NCBI GenBank assembly: GCA_963727895.1
Contig: CAVSHT010000003.1
Location: 128,001-192,000 of the forward strand
DNA length: 64,000 nucleotides
From: an uncultured Methanosarcinaceae archaeon
Lineage (GTDB): Archaea; Halobacteriota; Methanosarcinia; Methanosarcinales; Methanosarcinaceae
Direction: 5' to 3'
The notes under the pieces were generated by a model. The model did not search any database. It was not told the DNA's origin and saw only the letters and a list, made by a program, of their open reading frames with translations. Position numbers and translations under genes: made by a program. Positions 61,156-64,000 of the stretch are shown here, in pieces. Positions within the stretch are counted from its first letter, which is position 1; every line of letters starts with the position of its first letter.

Positions 61156-63069
61156 AATACTCCTCCTAGCAATGCTATTGCAATCAGAATTATGGAAATT
61201 GCATATCCAAATGTTGTAAGTTTACTTTCTCCAAAAATATTCTGGAGATATATGTTGGAGACACTGCTTTTTTCGTAGCTGCAAAGTCCATTTCTGAACA
61301 TTAGTCTGTCCTTTTCAAGATTGTTTTCTCCACACATATAGTAGCTAGCTGTACGAGGAGTGAACATGTTTTTGGTAGCTACATATATCAGAATCGCCAG
61401 AGCAAGAACTATGAATATCGCTGCATAGGCAAATGCTCCAATTTCAGAGGTAAATTGTCCAGCCTGTCCTGAAATCGCAGGAGTAGCATTGAGCAGAATT
61501 GCGACCTGAGGTTTAATGAAGTAATCATATATTGAAAATATGAAGATACTTGTAACCACAATGGCTAACGCAAGGAACCGATAGTGGGAAATATGTTTCC
61601 AGTTTTTTATGGGGAACTGCATTTTTATCCATGCTGGATGACATGATTGTCCCAAGCCATTTAGAGTAATAAACTGTGGTAAGTGCACTTCCAAGTACCA
61701 GGAATACTACTACAACAGGGTTGCTTGAGGCAGCTTCCATTGATACCCATTTTGTAAGCAACACTCCAAAAGGAGGTAATAGCATGGATACCATTCCCAG
61801 AGCTGCAATGCTGGTGAGAAGGGGAGCTTTCTTTATTAATCCTGACATGTCCTCAATATCTCTGCTTCCTATGGTGTGCTCAATTTCACCTGTGCACAGG
61901 AATAAAAGACCTTTTGATATGGCGTGGAACAGAATAAGCATCATTGAAGCAGCTACAGCCAGAGGTGTGCCTATACCTGCACTTGCGATAATTAATCCCA
62001 GGTTTGCAATGGTTGAATAAGCAAGCACTCTTTTAGCATTTCTTTGAGATAAGGCTAAAGCTGAGCAGATAACAAAGGTAAAGCTACCGTAAACTGCAAT
62101 AGCTGTTCCAAGGGGAGTATTAGCATAAGCTGGTACAAGCTTGATAATTAAAAACACACCGGCATTTACCATCGTGCTTGAGTGCAGTAAAGCAGAAACA
62201 GGAGTTGGAGCTACCATTGCACCTAATAGCCAGCTCTGGAAAGGCATCTGAGCAGATTTTGCAAAGCCTCCGATACAGAGTAAAGCAACAGGAAGGGCTA
62301 TAGCGGCAAGAGCTGTTGCATTAGTTCCAGCGTAAGTTCCAATTCCAGAAAGAGTACTTATATCATATTTAGTTGCAAGCAGAATTATGCCCATAGATAA
62401 AGCAATTCCACCAACCAGGTTTAAAGCCAGAGCCCTGAAACCGTTGTTTATTCCCTCTTCATCCATGTTATATGAGATCAATATGAATGAACACAGAGTT
62501 GTTAGTTCCCAGAAAAGGAACATCCATCCTAATGTGTCAGATATTACCAGACCATTCATAGCTGCCAAGAAGAAGCTCATTGTAAAGTAAAATGTCTTTT
62601 GTCTATTGAGATGTCTGTGTTCTTCATACTGGTCCATGTATCCAGTTGCGAATAAAATAATTGCAGTACCTACTATATTCACAACTAATATCATGATCTG
62701 AGACAATTGATCAATATTAAAATAAGCACTTTCAACTTTTGGAACATTGGTATAAGTGTAAGCAAACAAAGCTGCTGAAATTATCCCTAGTCCAAGTGTA
62801 GGCCAATTTTTATATTTTGCTGACACACCAATAATATATAATATTACCAGTACTTCGAGTACAAGAATCACATTTTCTAACATTGCGAAATTTGGTTCGC
62901 CAATCTTAATTACTCCAGTACCATCTAATACTAAATTAACTGATAAAGCTATTCCAATTATGAAAAAAACCCAAGCCAAATACTTGTATAGCGATTTGGG
63001 AAGGGCTACGAATAATAACGAAAACAGTATTGGTACTGTAATTAATAGCATAACAGTGTTTTCTATCAT
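61152..63069 (-). pseudogene. echA: Ech hydrogenase subunit A (MrpA/NuoL-like), +1 frameshift near 61577 (or a sequencing error)
   Basis: KSAQMPF.SWL..AM.APTPVSALLHSS; ORF 61525-63069 continues in 61152-61694 (YFPLS|.LALAIVV). Confidence 0.85.
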
Positions 63070-63775
63070 ACAGCGTATCCTCCGAACTATTAATCCTCCG
63101 ATCTGTTTATCTTCTGACTTACAATGATAGGATTTACTCAGCTGAAATATAAAATCGAATTTTTAGCTGTTTTTATATCTCTTTTTTTATAGTTACAAAA
63201 TGTATACTATATTGACTTCTCAGTTCAACTGTGCAATTCCTGAATACATAAGAATATGGACCAATAATCCATATAATTATTATAATATTTTTTATCAAAA
63301 TTATAAGAAATAATAATCTGTGAATAACGTCGATATAAATTCGACACGGTGCCATTCTAACTTATAACATAGAGATATTTAAAGATAGTGATTTTCTTTT
63401 TACTTTTATATTACTCATAAGAATATGGGCAAAGCAACCCGAATATATTATTCGTCTTCCTTTTTATATTTTTAAATTGTATATATATTACTGAGTACTA
63501 ATAGATAGTACTAAATGAAGTTAGTATGCCACTAAAATAGTATAAATTAGCATACACAAAACCCTATTTAAACGTAGTGGTCTCAATTTATTTTTATATT
63601 GCTCCTGCAGTTTATTTATGGCTAGTCTGCGAATCTTACATTTGTAAAATTAAAAAAGTAAATAATCAATAAACAATATTATCAAGATATTATGTTAATT
63701 AATATTAACAAAGAGGTATTTAAAGAAAGTGATTTTATCTTTATTATTATATTATTTTTGTATATACTTATATAA

Positions 63776-64000
63776 GGTATTGTTACCTAAACATAGTTAA
63801 CTCTTTATTTCTGTATTTCATCAATAGAATAACCGAGTACTTTAGCATTTCAAGACTTTTTGTATAACACTTTGTCTTTCTTCTCAACCTTGCTAAAAAA
63901 TGCCTCAATATGCTGTTATATCCTTCAACAGTATACGTTTTTGCTTTGGATTGAGTATGACTCTTTTCAGGAAGAAACTCTGCATATGCCCTCCAGTGAT
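63776..64000 (-). mobile_element. IS1-family insertion sequence, copy 7 (right end; runs off the window)
   Basis: GGTATTGTTACCTAAACATAG end followed by insB 3' sequence. Confidence 0.93.

Overview
AT-rich archaeal DNA from a Methanosarcina. The echABCDEF operon points to the M. barkeri/mazei/thermophila side of the genus (inference). Core genes (fae, pepN, thrC, leuS, pdaD plus a DHS-like gene, kup, a DEAD-box helicase, ech) are interspersed with accessory loci and seven copies of one ~740-bp IS1-family element (six complete, one cut by the window edge). Three copies have clean 8-bp target duplications. All four large defence-like loci are IS-disrupted or decayed: Nudix + PLD-helicase-DUF3427, an EcoEI-like type I R-M, a PHP-ATPase (Ppl/TrlF-like), and a YwgA/Panacea-like + HD hydrolase pair. 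The best candidates for something undescribed are: (i) the 50.1-53.2 kb island, with a three-gene DUF3467-like/RelE-like/DUF2283-like module followed by the wHTH + dNTPase-like HD pair; (ii) a permease-less, apparently cytoplasmic 'ABC-like' operon (DUF1858-SBP, UreG/HypB-type GTPase, ATPase) joined by in-frame UAG codons; (iii) hypervariable, mosaic 50-bp left ends of otherwise near-identical IS1 copies, plus a 131-bp triplication spanning an IS junction. No rRNA, tRNA or CRISPR array was seen. Family assignments are from motif recognition by eye, not database searches.
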